A stretch of DNA of 52,518 bases from an uncultured Clostridia bacterium (GCA_947632535.1 CANRPR010000003.1:1-52518); one strand, 5' to 3'; shown: positions 20,672-29,800, numbered from the stretch's first letter. Notes: generated by a model not told the origin, from the sequence alone. Made by a program: numbers and translations.

Positions 20672-21085
20672 TTATAAATTCTTATACATTTCTGGCATTG
20701 ACGAAACAAGTTGCATTGATTTTATAAAGTATAAGACTCCTATAATACATAATAGCACTAACATAATCCTTGCAAGCACTATAACTGTATACATTGATAC
20801 TCCCATTAATTTACTTATTGTTTCAATCACTCCTAAATGAATATCATCAACTCCACCTTGAATAGTTTGTTCATGTAATGTTAGTAGTTCTTCATATGGT
20901 TCTTCATATATTTCTGATAGTCTCTTAATTACATCCGTATCTGGATGTGACAATCCTCTTTCCCAGTTTCTTAAATCATTACTTGTAACTTTTTTCATAC
21001 CTATTTTTTCAAGAAGTGCTTCATAATCAAGTCCATTCTTTCTTCTCAAGTATGCTAATCTAGTTCCAAATTCATTATATTTCAT
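20672..21085 (-). CDS. XRE-family HTH regulator with C-terminal transmembrane segment
   Basis: The N-terminal part (FGTRLAYLRRKNGLDYEALLEKIG...) looks like an HTH_3 domain. C-terminal hydrophobic stretch YTVIVLARIMLVLLCIIGVLYFI. Confidence 0.65.
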   Translation of the reverse strand: MKYNEFGTRLAYLRRKNGLDYEALLEKIGMKKVTSNDLRNWERGLSHPDTDVIKRLSEIYEEPYEELLTLHEQTIQGGVDDIHLGVIETISKLMGVSMYTVIVLARIMLVLLCIIGVLYFIKSMQLVSSMPEMYKNL

Positions 21086-21116
21086 ATATTTCCCCTTATT
21101 TCTTATAAACTTTATC

Positions 21117-21650
21117 TTATGCTTCTGGTTCTACTAAACCATAATTTTTTGATTCTTTTAATCTAAATATTACATTAACTTTATTTGTATCTACATTTAT
21201 AAATGTGTAAAAATTGTTTTGTGGTTTTTCTTGTAATTTTAATTTTGCATCTTCTACACTCATTGGTTTTACTTCATAATATATTGTTTTTATTACTTCA
21301 TTTTCTATTTCTACTTTTGATTGCATTTCATCAATTAATTCTCTTTGTTTTATTGAGTCTTCTTTAGTTTGTTTATCTCTTTTTGTTTTCATTTTTCTGA
21401 TTTGACCTTCTAATATATCTATATCCTTATCAATTGATGCATATAAATCTCTTGTAGCTGAAACCGCTCTAAATGTACATTGTTTTACAGTCACTTGCAT
21501 TTCTGCGATTTGTTCTGTTCCTTCTGCTTTTATTGTAACGCCTACCTCGAACTCCTCAAAATATTTTTGTATCCTTTCCATTTTCTTTTCAACATATGTT
21601 TTAATTGCATCTGTTGTTTTTAAATCTTTCCCTGTTATTTTTATATTCAT
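21117..21650 (-). CDS. hpf: ribosome hibernation promoting factor (long HPF / RaiA family)
   Basis: MNIKITGKDLKTTDAIKTYVEKK... is a sigma-54-modulation/HPF N-domain, followed by a C-terminal dimerisation domain (VKPMSVEDA). Start at ATG 21650. Confidence 0.9.
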   Translation of the reverse strand: MNIKITGKDLKTTDAIKTYVEKKMERIQKYFEEFEVGVTIKAEGTEQIAEMQVTVKQCTFRAVSATRDLYASIDKDIDILEGQIRKMKTKRDKQTKEDSIKQRELIDEMQSKVEIENEVIKTIYYEVKPMSVEDAKLKLQEKPQNNFYTFINVDTNKVNVIFRLKESKNYGLVEPEA

Positions 21651-21739
21651 ATTCTTCATCCTTTCATATATTCTTCTTGTATTTCTATTTTCATTGTTAT
21701 TATATATGATTAAAAAATATAAGTCAATATTTTGCAAAA

Positions 21740-21950
21740 AAATACCCCCGCCTTAGCCGATAGTTGCCAAGAAATTTTACGGACCTGTACTCACACAGGT
21801 GGGTGCCTACCTGAATACTCATGGGCTTCTTACATAAATGCAAGCATGCACGCCATATCCAGAGGTCAGCTCCCTTTTCCAAAACTTGTAGGTTCTAAAA
21901 TATCTTGTCGCACGTACTACGCAGGGAAATATTATTAACTTATTTAATTT
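21740..21950 (-). ncRNA. structured ncRNA upstream of hpf, probable raiA-motif RNA
   Basis: A roughly 200-nt GC-rich island in an AT-rich spacer, with no ORF support and its own promoter. It ends in GGCGGGGGUAUUUUUUU. Its position immediately upstream of hpf/raiA and downstream of comFC matches the described raiA-motif context. The motif itself was not verified by a covariance model. Confidence 0.5.
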
Positions 21951-21958
21951 ATATATTT

Positions 21959-21987
21959 ATATTACCATATTTTCTAATGCTGTTCAA
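21959..21987 (-). promoter_or_regulatory. sigma-A-type promoter for the raiA-like RNA / hpf
   Basis: Minus strand TTGAAC (21987-21982), 17 nt, TAATAT (21964-21959). Confidence 0.45.
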
Positions 21988-22072
21988 ATCGTACTTTATA
22001 TTCATTAAGTAGCTTTAAATCGTGATTTATTCGATTTTCTTATTTTATCATGTTTAATCTTCGCTTTTCACA

Positions 22073-24058
22073 TTATTCTTCTATTTCTCTTTTTACACTG
22101 CCTCCAAACATTGGTGTTTTATATTGGTCTATAATATATCCTAAATCTTTAGAGAATTCCTTCAACATTACCATTTTTATTGTAATTTCCTTGTTGTTTG
22201 TATAGTCATCCATAATTTGTTTTAACTGTTTTATATTCCTCATTTCTGGTTCAATTTCCTTTGGATATAATTTAACCCTATTTACTAATTTTTCTTTTAT
22301 AGTCATTATATCCTCATTACTTGCACAAGAAATTCTTTGGAACATTTGGAATACATCATAATATTTAAATATTGGTACATTCATACATTCTTGGTCAAAA
22401 CGTTCATAGAAAGTTTCCATTTTCATTGGAATGCACTTAAATATTTCATCAGCTTTCTCCATATACATCTTATCTTTTAGTTGCATATTTAGTTGATTGA
22501 AATGTTTTAAGATTTCTTCTATATCTGCATCTGTTTCACCTACAGTGATTTTTGAAAGTTCTTCTTCTACATTCTCACAATATTTAGAATTTAATGAAGA
22601 TATATTCATTCCATTAAAGAAAAGACTTTTTATTGTTTTTATGTCATAATTTATTAAATCTTTTTTTATAAAATAGCTAAAATATACAAATATTTTTACA
22701 ATGTCAATTAGTTCTAGTCTTCCATTTTTTACATCATCTACAATTTCTTCAATTATGCTTGGGAATTGATCATCATTAATTTTCCAATATTCTTCTGTTA
22801 ATAACCTTTTATATGCTGGTAATTTATCTGTATCTACAGTATTTATAATTACCTCCATGTTGTCCTTAAATACCTTCATATCAAAAATTCTTGTACGCAC
22901 ATATATTTCTATAAATTTGAAGAAACGATATTCTGATTTAAAGTTATAGTAATAATTACTATCAAATTCCTTAATATAGAATTGCCTATTATCTGTTATT
23001 AAAACCCTAGAAGATACTAATATTGCTTTATATTCTTCGTTGTCTTTTATATTTACAAACTTTTCTTTTGTAATTTTTCCTGCTTTTATTTCAAAAGATA
23101 CAGCTATGGTGAATATTAACATAGTTTGTAGTACCCTGTTATTAGTATTTGGATATTGCTGACTTACCATTTCAAATATTTTTCTAAAGTCATTTAATGC
23201 ATGTTTTAAAATTCTTAGGTTTTTAGTTCCACTTTTATTGAATGTAGATATAATTAACCCTGTATTTGCTCTTAAAAATCTAATTAGTTCTGCATTGTTT
23301 TCATATCTCATTAATAATCCGTTTATTATATAATTAAATTCTGGAGCATATTCAAAAGTTTCACCAATTAATTTTTCTTTTATTCTTTCATAATCATTTG
23401 CTTTGTCAAATACATATTCAATTTTATCTCTTATTTTTTCTACCATTGGAACATCATGTTTTTCTAAAGAACCTTCTTTATCCAATAAGTATGTAGCAAT
23501 GAATGTTTTCATTTCCAAATTGCTACTTTTTAATTTTGTAGATAATTCTTTTTCATTACATATAATTATAGTTTTTATATGATCATGTTCAACGAAATTG
23601 TTAATGTAACCTAAAATATCTATAACATCTACATTAGCTCTTTCCAAGTCGTCAAAGCATAAAACTTTATCGTCTGTTGAGAAAAATTCTTCATAATCTA
23701 TTTTATCGCCATTTTGGCTAACTCCAAAAAAGTTTGCCATATCTAATCCAGTTTTTGCATATTCTGGTATTGTTGTTTGATTATGAACATCCATATATCT
23801 TTTTAAGTTTTTATCCATTAACTGGGTAGTTTCAATGAATATTTTTTTACTGATTTCTTCCAAATTAGAAATTCCATATAAAGACATATATATTGGCGTG
23901 TATCTTCTCCCATTAAATTGCATTGTTTCTATTTTATTTCTAATTCTATTATTCCAAAAGTAAGTTTTTCCGCTTCCCCATTCACCATTTATCATAATAG
24001 CATAATCTGTATAATCTGCTCTTACATAATCTAAAATGCTTTCTACTAAATCCTCCAT
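22073..24058 (-). CDS. KAP-family P-loop NTPase (stand-alone)
   Basis: Walker A YAIMINGEWGSGKTYF and Walker B VLCFDDLERA match the KAP NTPase pattern (GxWGxGKT ... DDLDR), followed by a long alpha-helical C-terminal region. Start at ATG 24058 after AAGGAGAGG. Confidence 0.7.
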   Translation of the reverse strand: MEDLVESILDYVRADYTDYAIMINGEWGSGKTYFWNNRIRNKIETMQFNGRRYTPIYMSLYGISNLEEISKKIFIETTQLMDKNLKRYMDVHNQTTIPEYAKTGLDMANFFGVSQNGDKIDYEEFFSTDDKVLCFDDLERANVDVIDILGYINNFVEHDHIKTIIICNEKELSTKLKSSNLEMKTFIATYLLDKEGSLEKHDVPMVEKIRDKIEYVFDKANDYERIKEKLIGETFEYAPEFNYIINGLLMRYENNAELIRFLRANTGLIISTFNKSGTKNLRILKHALNDFRKIFEMVSQQYPNTNNRVLQTMLIFTIAVSFEIKAGKITKEKFVNIKDNEEYKAILVSSRVLITDNRQFYIKEFDSNYYYNFKSEYRFFKFIEIYVRTRIFDMKVFKDNMEVIINTVDTDKLPAYKRLLTEEYWKINDDQFPSIIEEIVDDVKNGRLELIDIVKIFVYFSYFIKKDLINYDIKTIKSLFFNGMNISSLNSKYCENVEEELSKITVGETDADIEEILKHFNQLNMQLKDKMYMEKADEIFKCIPMKMETFYERFDQECMNVPIFKYYDVFQMFQRISCASNEDIMTIKEKLVNRVKLYPKEIEPEMRNIKQLKQIMDDYTNNKEITIKMVMLKEFSKDLGYIIDQYKTPMFGGSVKREIEE

Positions 24059-24130
24059 AAAATTCCTCTCCTTCGTAATATTTTTAGTAAGTTGCAATTA
24101 CTTGCAATTGCTAATTTATATCTGTTTTCT

Positions 24131-24676
24131 CTATGTTGAATCTTTTGCTATAGTTAGTACATCTACCATACTTGCTCCTGACATTTTTAGCATCCTACTA
24201 CACTCATTTACTGTGCTCCCTGTTGTATATACATCGTCAAATAACAATACTTTTTTATCTTGTATTTTTTCTGTGTTTATTACATCATAGGCATTTTGTA
24301 CATTCTGTTGCCTTTCTTTTCGAGTTAATGTACTTTGTGGCACAATGTTTTTGGTTTTTATTAAAATATCTTTTTCAAAGTGTAATATATTTGTTTTATC
24401 ACATATTTTTCTTGCAATAAGCTCTGTTTGGTTGTATCCTCTAATTTTCTTTCTTGACTTGCTTATTGGTGTTGGAATAATTATATCATAATTTTTTAAA
24501 AATCCACATATTTTTTTATTTTTTACAATAAAATTTACAAACATTTCATTTAAATATGCTTTGTCTTTAAATTTGTACTGTATTATTTTTTCTTTTATTA
24601 TTCCATCATACTCAAATAAATATAAGTGTCTTACAAAATTTTTGTCAGAATAATTGTTTATTTTGCATTGTAACAT
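24131..24676 (-). CDS. comFC: ComF-family phosphoribosyltransferase (ComFC); true 5' end probably further upstream
   Basis: PRTase motif VLLFDDVYTTGSTV. The same frame stays open upstream to 24785 and encodes the expected zinc-finger N-terminus (ILDFIYPQTCGICEKICKEPICKKCENK), but without a canonical start codon. Confidence 0.8.
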   Translation of the reverse strand: MLQCKINNYSDKNFVRHLYLFEYDGIIKEKIIQYKFKDKAYLNEMFVNFIVKNKKICGFLKNYDIIIPTPISKSRKKIRGYNQTELIARKICDKTNILHFEKDILIKTKNIVPQSTLTRKERQQNVQNAYDVINTEKIQDKKVLLFDDVYTTGSTVNECSRMLKMSGASMVDVLTIAKDST

Positions 24677-24820
24677 TTCATTAATTTTGTTTTCACACTT
24701 TTTGCATATTGGTTCTTTGCATATTTTCTCACATATTCCACAAGTTTGTGGATAAATGAAATCTAAAATTTGTCCTATAATTTTTAATCACATTCCTTTC
24801 TTTTTGTAACTTTTTTGGGG

Positions 24821-24850
24821 CAAAAAAAGAGGAAAATTTTTTATTTTCCC
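24821..24850 (-). terminator. intrinsic terminator after the pyruvyl transferase gene
   Basis: Minus-strand GGAAAAU-AAAAA-AUUUUCC followed by UCUUUUUUU. Confidence 0.5.
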
Positions 24851-24861
24851 CCAATTGTATG

Positions 24862-25917
24862 TTATTTATTTATCCATTCTTCAACCTTTAATAGTTGTCC
24901 CTTTGATGCTTCTTTTATTTTATTTAGGTTTTCTATATTTACCTCGCAAAACATATCTTCTTTTATTATCATATCTTCTTTAATGTCTCCAAGGCTGCAA
25001 TAGTTTTCTTTATTACATAATTTTAATTCTTCTATTACATTGTCTATTTTTTTACTATATGATATAACATAAAATTTTTGTTTAAATACATATGATAAAA
25101 TCATTGCATGGAATTTTAAACATATGTTATATTCCATTGAGCTATATATTTCCATGAATTTATCCATGTTTCCATCATAACTTACTACTTTTACCATATC
25201 TTTATATTTATTTGGCAATATCGCTGTAATATCATTTATTGCTTTCATATCTCCCTCAGGTTCGCAGTAAGAAAATAAATATACTTCTTTTCCCTTATCA
25301 ATATAGTACATTATATTGTTAGCCATCATTTTTAAATATTGCTCTTTTTTATCTTTTTCTTTTCTTATACTCAAATCTATTATTGTTATTCCTATGGTGT
25401 TTTTCTTGGTATTAATTGGCTCAAATTCATAGTCAAATACTAAATCTGGCGCATATCTTATTGAACTTATATCTTTAAATAAATCATACGAATAAATATC
25501 TCTAAAGCACAAATCTGTACAATTTTTGAATGTGTCTTTACACAATTTAAAATATTCTTCTGTTTGATATGGTCCAAAATTAGAACTAACATAGAAGAAA
25601 GGCTTATTTTGCTCTTTGCATTTCTTCATGAATTGATTACAGCCCTCGTCTAAATTATATACTTTTCCGCCCTCCATAAATATTGATCCACCAATATATA
25701 TAAAGCCATCATATGAATTTATATCTATGTTTTCAAAGTTCTCACTTTTGCCATTTATAATTTGTACATTATTATAACCTTTTAGTATTTCTTTGTACTT
25801 ATCCTCTACAAAGTTAATAACGAATTGTTCATTTGGGTATTTGTCTAAAAGCATTTTTATAAACAAGTCATCACCCAAATTTTGTCTTGCATATGCCATT
25901 AAAAATATTTTTTTCAT
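24862..25917 (-). CDS. polysaccharide pyruvyl transferase family protein
   Basis: 351 aa. The N-terminal AYARQNLGDDLFIKML motif and overall layout are typical of the CsaB/PF04230-like pyruvyl transferases. Confidence 0.7.
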   Translation of the reverse strand: MKKIFLMAYARQNLGDDLFIKMLLDKYPNEQFVINFVEDKYKEILKGYNNVQIINGKSENFENIDINSYDGFIYIGGSIFMEGGKVYNLDEGCNQFMKKCKEQNKPFFYVSSNFGPYQTEEYFKLCKDTFKNCTDLCFRDIYSYDLFKDISSIRYAPDLVFDYEFEPINTKKNTIGITIIDLSIRKEKDKKEQYLKMMANNIMYYIDKGKEVYLFSYCEPEGDMKAINDITAILPNKYKDMVKVVSYDGNMDKFMEIYSSMEYNICLKFHAMILSYVFKQKFYVISYSKKIDNVIEELKLCNKENYCSLGDIKEDMIIKEDMFCEVNIENLNKIKEASKGQLLKVEEWINK

Positions 25918-25926
25918 ATTTTAATA

Positions 25927-27162
25927 CTATCTCCCTTGTAATTTTGCTTTTATTTGATTCCAAATTTCATTGGTTCTTAAATAATCTTTGTAATTTTTCT
26001 CTACATTCATATCAGCTTTTTCTAAAGCTTGTATTACCTCACAAAAATCCACTGTACTAAATAATGCATCTATTTGTGGTATGCTACTTTCTAGTTTTTG
26101 TTTAATTATTTTTATATTTTCTTTATATTCTTTTTTATTAGTAATGTACATAAATAAAGGTTTATATTTAATCCATCCTAATGATGCTTGTAAAAATCTA
26201 TTTTCAATATTTTCTTCTGTACTAATTTTTCTTAATGCCTTAGGATATTTTCCTTTCATAATACCTGTGTATTTTAAAAATCCATCATGGAAATGATAAA
26301 CTGGTATTCTTTTTACTATACTGTCTTTTAACATTGTTGAGAAAAATGTATCTTCTCCTCTTGCACCTTCTGGATTATAGAATGCCGGAATTCTATCGAG
26401 ATTCTTTAAGTTTAAACATAAGGTTGACCCTGCTATCCACTTTCCAAATCCATCATATTGTATTTCATATTCATGCCCTTCAAGTATTTCCCTACTTGCA
26501 TATGTTACACCATTATCTTTTTGGAACCTTTCTTTGATAGTATTCCAGTTTACAATATCGTTACTTATGCTTTCTATGAAATTTTTAAAATCTTCTTCGT
26601 TTATTTGGCTTCCGAAATCTACATATGGTATTGGTGAAATATATCCACAATGATATCCTATTGTTATATCGCTATTTTCTATATATTTTAAATGTTCTGT
26701 GATGTTTTCTTGTTCGTACCATTCTATGCTTTTATCTTCATTTTTTACAACTGCTACTGGATATTCGTCATCATCCCAAAATAATAAGTAATCTATTCGA
26801 TTTTTTACTGCATAATACATTAATGTATTTCTTCCTTTTGCATGTCCATGTCCAAATATTAGCTCTACATCTTTTTTACTAAAAGAATGCCTTGAAATAA
26901 GTTTTTTCTTTTCTTCTTCTATGTCTTCAGGAGTTATATATTTTATTCTTATGTTTTTATAAGCATCTGGTATAATGCTATAAAAATCTGTTCTTTTTGT
27001 ATATTGATAACTCAAATCATATAGTATAAAGATAGTAAATTTTATTTGTTTACCTATTAAATTTGTTTGCTTTAATATGTTATTGTAATAGCTATTTATT
27101 AGTCTACATACATTAGGTCTGCCTGTTACAAAACCAATTCCCATGTTTATAACTTCATCCAT
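25927..27162 (-). CDS. hypothetical protein, possible GT-A-fold glycosyltransferase (DxD)
   Basis: LLFWDDDEYP (DxD-like), GHAKGRN and GARGEDTFF segments suggest a nucleotide-sugar transferase. No family recognised with certainty. Start at ATG 27162 after AAGGAGA. Confidence 0.35.
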   Translation of the reverse strand: MDEVINMGIGFVTGRPNVCRLINSYYNNILKQTNLIGKQIKFTIFILYDLSYQYTKRTDFYSIIPDAYKNIRIKYITPEDIEEEKKKLISRHSFSKKDVELIFGHGHAKGRNTLMYYAVKNRIDYLLFWDDDEYPVAVVKNEDKSIEWYEQENITEHLKYIENSDITIGYHCGYISPIPYVDFGSQINEEDFKNFIESISNDIVNWNTIKERFQKDNGVTYASREILEGHEYEIQYDGFGKWIAGSTLCLNLKNLDRIPAFYNPEGARGEDTFFSTMLKDSIVKRIPVYHFHDGFLKYTGIMKGKYPKALRKISTEENIENRFLQASLGWIKYKPLFMYITNKKEYKENIKIIKQKLESSIPQIDALFSTVDFCEVIQALEKADMNVEKNYKDYLRTNEIWNQIKAKLQGR

Positions 27163-27324
27163 TTTATTTCTCCTTAGCATTGTTTATTGTTAACTCCCTA
27201 ATTATACTATATTTTTTCATTTCAGTCAATTATATATACATATTTCTTAATATTTACATTTATTTCTATTTTTCTCAGCATTTTTCATGTTTTCTAAATA
27301 TTTTAAAACTCTTTGAGAATTTTT

Positions 27325-27365
27325 ATAAAAAAAATAACTAGCATTTTTAATTAATACTAGTTATT
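27325..27365 (-). terminator. intrinsic terminator enclosing the stop codon of the phosphatase::GT-D gene
   Basis: aataactag (27333-27341) pairs with ctagttatt (27357-27365), followed on the minus strand by U8. Confidence 0.6.
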
Positions 27366-28831
27366 CTTGCTATTATTTGTTTTTCATAATTTTCATCTTT
27401 TATATCTTTAATATTTAATCTTTCTTCTTCACTCTCGGCTTTGGCTCCCATTACACCTTGTTCACCCATGTATTTTGACTCTATCTTTATTTTAGTTTTA
27501 GCCTTTCTTAAATACCATTCGTATTCAATATCTACATGTCCTATATCTATTGCTTTATATCCCAACTTATGTAAATCATATGCAAGTACAGTTGCTGTTG
27601 GTCCTAATGCAAGTAGAATCAAATTATTCTTACTTGTTTTCTTTATTTCTTCTAATATTGAATCATATTTTAAAAATGCATTTTCTGGAGGGCATAGTAT
27701 TCTTTTTATTGTTCGCATATTATCAAATAAATCATTTCCTACACCTAATCTACTTTTTTCTCCCTCTACAATTACAACATCTCTATCATTCCACAATTCT
27801 TTTAGCATTTTAACATAGTTTGCAACATTGCTCTTATCTTTATAATCTAAATAAAATCTAGATATTTGTGCAGAATAGTATTTTTTGTTGGGATTAATCA
27901 ACTTTTCCATTTTTTCTTCATTTTTTTGTAGCCAGTCTACCCAATATTCTTTAGCAAAACCTTCATATAATTCACAGTTTTGTGGGTTCAAAGCTATTGG
28001 TAAGCCTATTAGTAAATTTGGAACATTACTATTTAATATCTCTTTCAATCTATTTGCTAACTCTTCATTATATGGCTGAAAATACAAACCAATCTTTTCT
28101 ATGTATGATAGTTCTCCATCTCCAAATCTTGCTATAGATACATTTGGTTCATATAACTTTTGTATAGTTTCTTCTGAACTTGCTATATTAAACTTACTAT
28201 TTTTCATATTTTCCTCTCTTGTCTGTAAGTGCTCTATATCGTTTAGTTTTATTAGTTTAAATCCTTTTTCAGTATATATTAATTCATTTATACTAGTATT
28301 TTTTTGACTATATTCTTCTCTTTTTATTTTAAATGGTTCATTAGTAACTTTTCTCAAGAATGCTTCTATTGCTACTCCATGTGACGAAATTAATACTGTA
28401 TTTCCAAAGTTTTCTTTCGCAATTTTTTCTATTTCTTTATACATTCTATCTGCTACTTCTTGTGAACTTTCTTGTTGCTGGATTTCCATTATTTCATTGG
28501 TCTCTTCATGTAATTTTCTTATTTTAGGATTTACTTTATCTACTTCTTCCCATTTCCAACCATCATATATCCCAAAATCCATTTCGCACAAATTATCTGA
28601 TGTAATAATTTTGCAATTATTAATTTCTGCTATAGGCTGAACTGTTTTTATTGCTCTTCCAGATGTACTAGAATATATTTTATCAAATTTTATTTGTTTT
28701 AATCTTTCTACTAATTTGTTTATATATTCATATCCATCTTTGGTTATTTCCGAATCTACTCTTCCTAATAATCTCTTTTCTACATTGCCTATTGTTTGTG
28801 TATGCCTTACTATATAGATTTTAGTTTCCAT
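27347..28831 (-). CDS. fusion protein: histidine phosphatase (PGM-like) domain + GT-D/DUF1792 (SP_1767-type) glycosyltransferase domain
   Basis: N-terminal half has IYIVRHTQTIGN ... SSTSGRAIKT ... ISSHGVAIEA (RHG / H phosphatase motifs). C-terminal half has SIARFGDGELSY, VVIVEGEKSRLGVGNDLF and ALGPTATVLAYDL ... IDIGHVDIEYEWY (DUF1792 hallmarks). Confidence 0.7.
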   Translation of the reverse strand: METKIYIVRHTQTIGNVEKRLLGRVDSEITKDGYEYINKLVERLKQIKFDKIYSSTSGRAIKTVQPIAEINNCKIITSDNLCEMDFGIYDGWKWEEVDKVNPKIRKLHEETNEIMEIQQQESSQEVADRMYKEIEKIAKENFGNTVLISSHGVAIEAFLRKVTNEPFKIKREEYSQKNTSINELIYTEKGFKLIKLNDIEHLQTREENMKNSKFNIASSEETIQKLYEPNVSIARFGDGELSYIEKIGLYFQPYNEELANRLKEILNSNVPNLLIGLPIALNPQNCELYEGFAKEYWVDWLQKNEEKMEKLINPNKKYYSAQISRFYLDYKDKSNVANYVKMLKELWNDRDVVIVEGEKSRLGVGNDLFDNMRTIKRILCPPENAFLKYDSILEEIKKTSKNNLILLALGPTATVLAYDLHKLGYKAIDIGHVDIEYEWYLRKAKTKIKIESKYMGEQGVMGAKAESEEERLNIKDIKDENYEKQIIARITSIN

Positions 28832-29711
28832 ATTTTACATCCTTTATTTCTTTTAGTTTGCCGAAATTTAATTTGTAATTTCTCTTTGGCATTACTCCCA
28901 ATTCAACTCCATTTTCAATAGAATTTAATACTGTATCTATTCTTTCTACTAAATTGTTTGTTTCATTTCTAATAAAGCTCATTAAATATGGCTTGTATGC
29001 TTGTGGAGTTATTTCATATAATTTCATTACATTTTCTAGCATTTTATACATATCACTACATCTTCTTATTGATGGAGTAGACATTATACTGCCTTCTCTA
29101 TTTCTGTAATAGTTATATATTGGGAAGGCTCCATATCCTACTTTATCTGCTAAAATTGTAGCTTTTATAGAATATACCATATCTTCATAGTACATATCTT
29201 TTATAAATTCAAGTTTCTTTTCTTCTATGAATTTTCTTCTCCAACATTTACTTGAAACTGCAAAATGCATATCACACGCAATTCTTGCTTCTTTAGTTGA
29301 ATTCATTTTATTTGGTATATAACATTTATTGCTTCCACCAACATATTGTACTCCAAAATAGCAAATGTCTAAATTTTTATCTCCTATTGTTTTGTTAATT
29401 CTATCTAAGGTATCATTACTATATAATGTATCGTCTGCATCCAAATACAAAATATATTCTCCAATTGCTTTTTTTATTGCTTTATTTCTTGAAGCTCCTA
29501 ATCCTATATTTTTTCTATTATTTATAATTCGTATATTCTTGTATGTTTTTAATATTTTTAATGTTCTATCTGTGGAACCATCATTTACAACTATTAATTC
29601 GTAATCTTTAAAAGTTTGCTTTGTTATACTATCTATGGCAGTTTCAATATATTTTTCAACATTATATGCAGAAATTATAATGCTGAATCTTTTTGATTTA
29701 CTCTTTATCAT
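28821..29711 (-). CDS. family 2 glycosyltransferase
   Basis: FSIIISAYNVEKYIETAIDSITKQTFKDYELIVVNDGSTD and YLDADD motifs. The stop overlaps the start of the downstream gene by 11 nt. Confidence 0.85.
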   Translation of the reverse strand: MIKSKSKRFSIIISAYNVEKYIETAIDSITKQTFKDYELIVVNDGSTDRTLKILKTYKNIRIINNRKNIGLGASRNKAIKKAIGEYILYLDADDTLYSNDTLDRINKTIGDKNLDICYFGVQYVGGSNKCYIPNKMNSTKEARIACDMHFAVSSKCWRRKFIEEKKLEFIKDMYYEDMVYSIKATILADKVGYGAFPIYNYYRNREGSIMSTPSIRRCSDMYKMLENVMKLYEITPQAYKPYLMSFIRNETNNLVERIDTVLNSIENGVELGVMPKRNYKLNFGKLKEIKDVKYGN

Positions 29712-29800
29712 AAAATTCCCCCGATAATTTTAATTATAATACTTTTTATGTAAGTAGTCAACCAAAAAGTTCATACATTATCTTAATATTTTATTAAATA

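Noticed and set aside
24781-24789. ATG-TGA at the comFC 5' end as evidence for TGA-as-Trp (genetic code 4)
   Set aside because: TGA clearly functions as a stop elsewhere in the window. Examples are the splB stop at 604-606 and the in-frame end of the CLec cassette at 51108-51110, so the standard code 11 applies.
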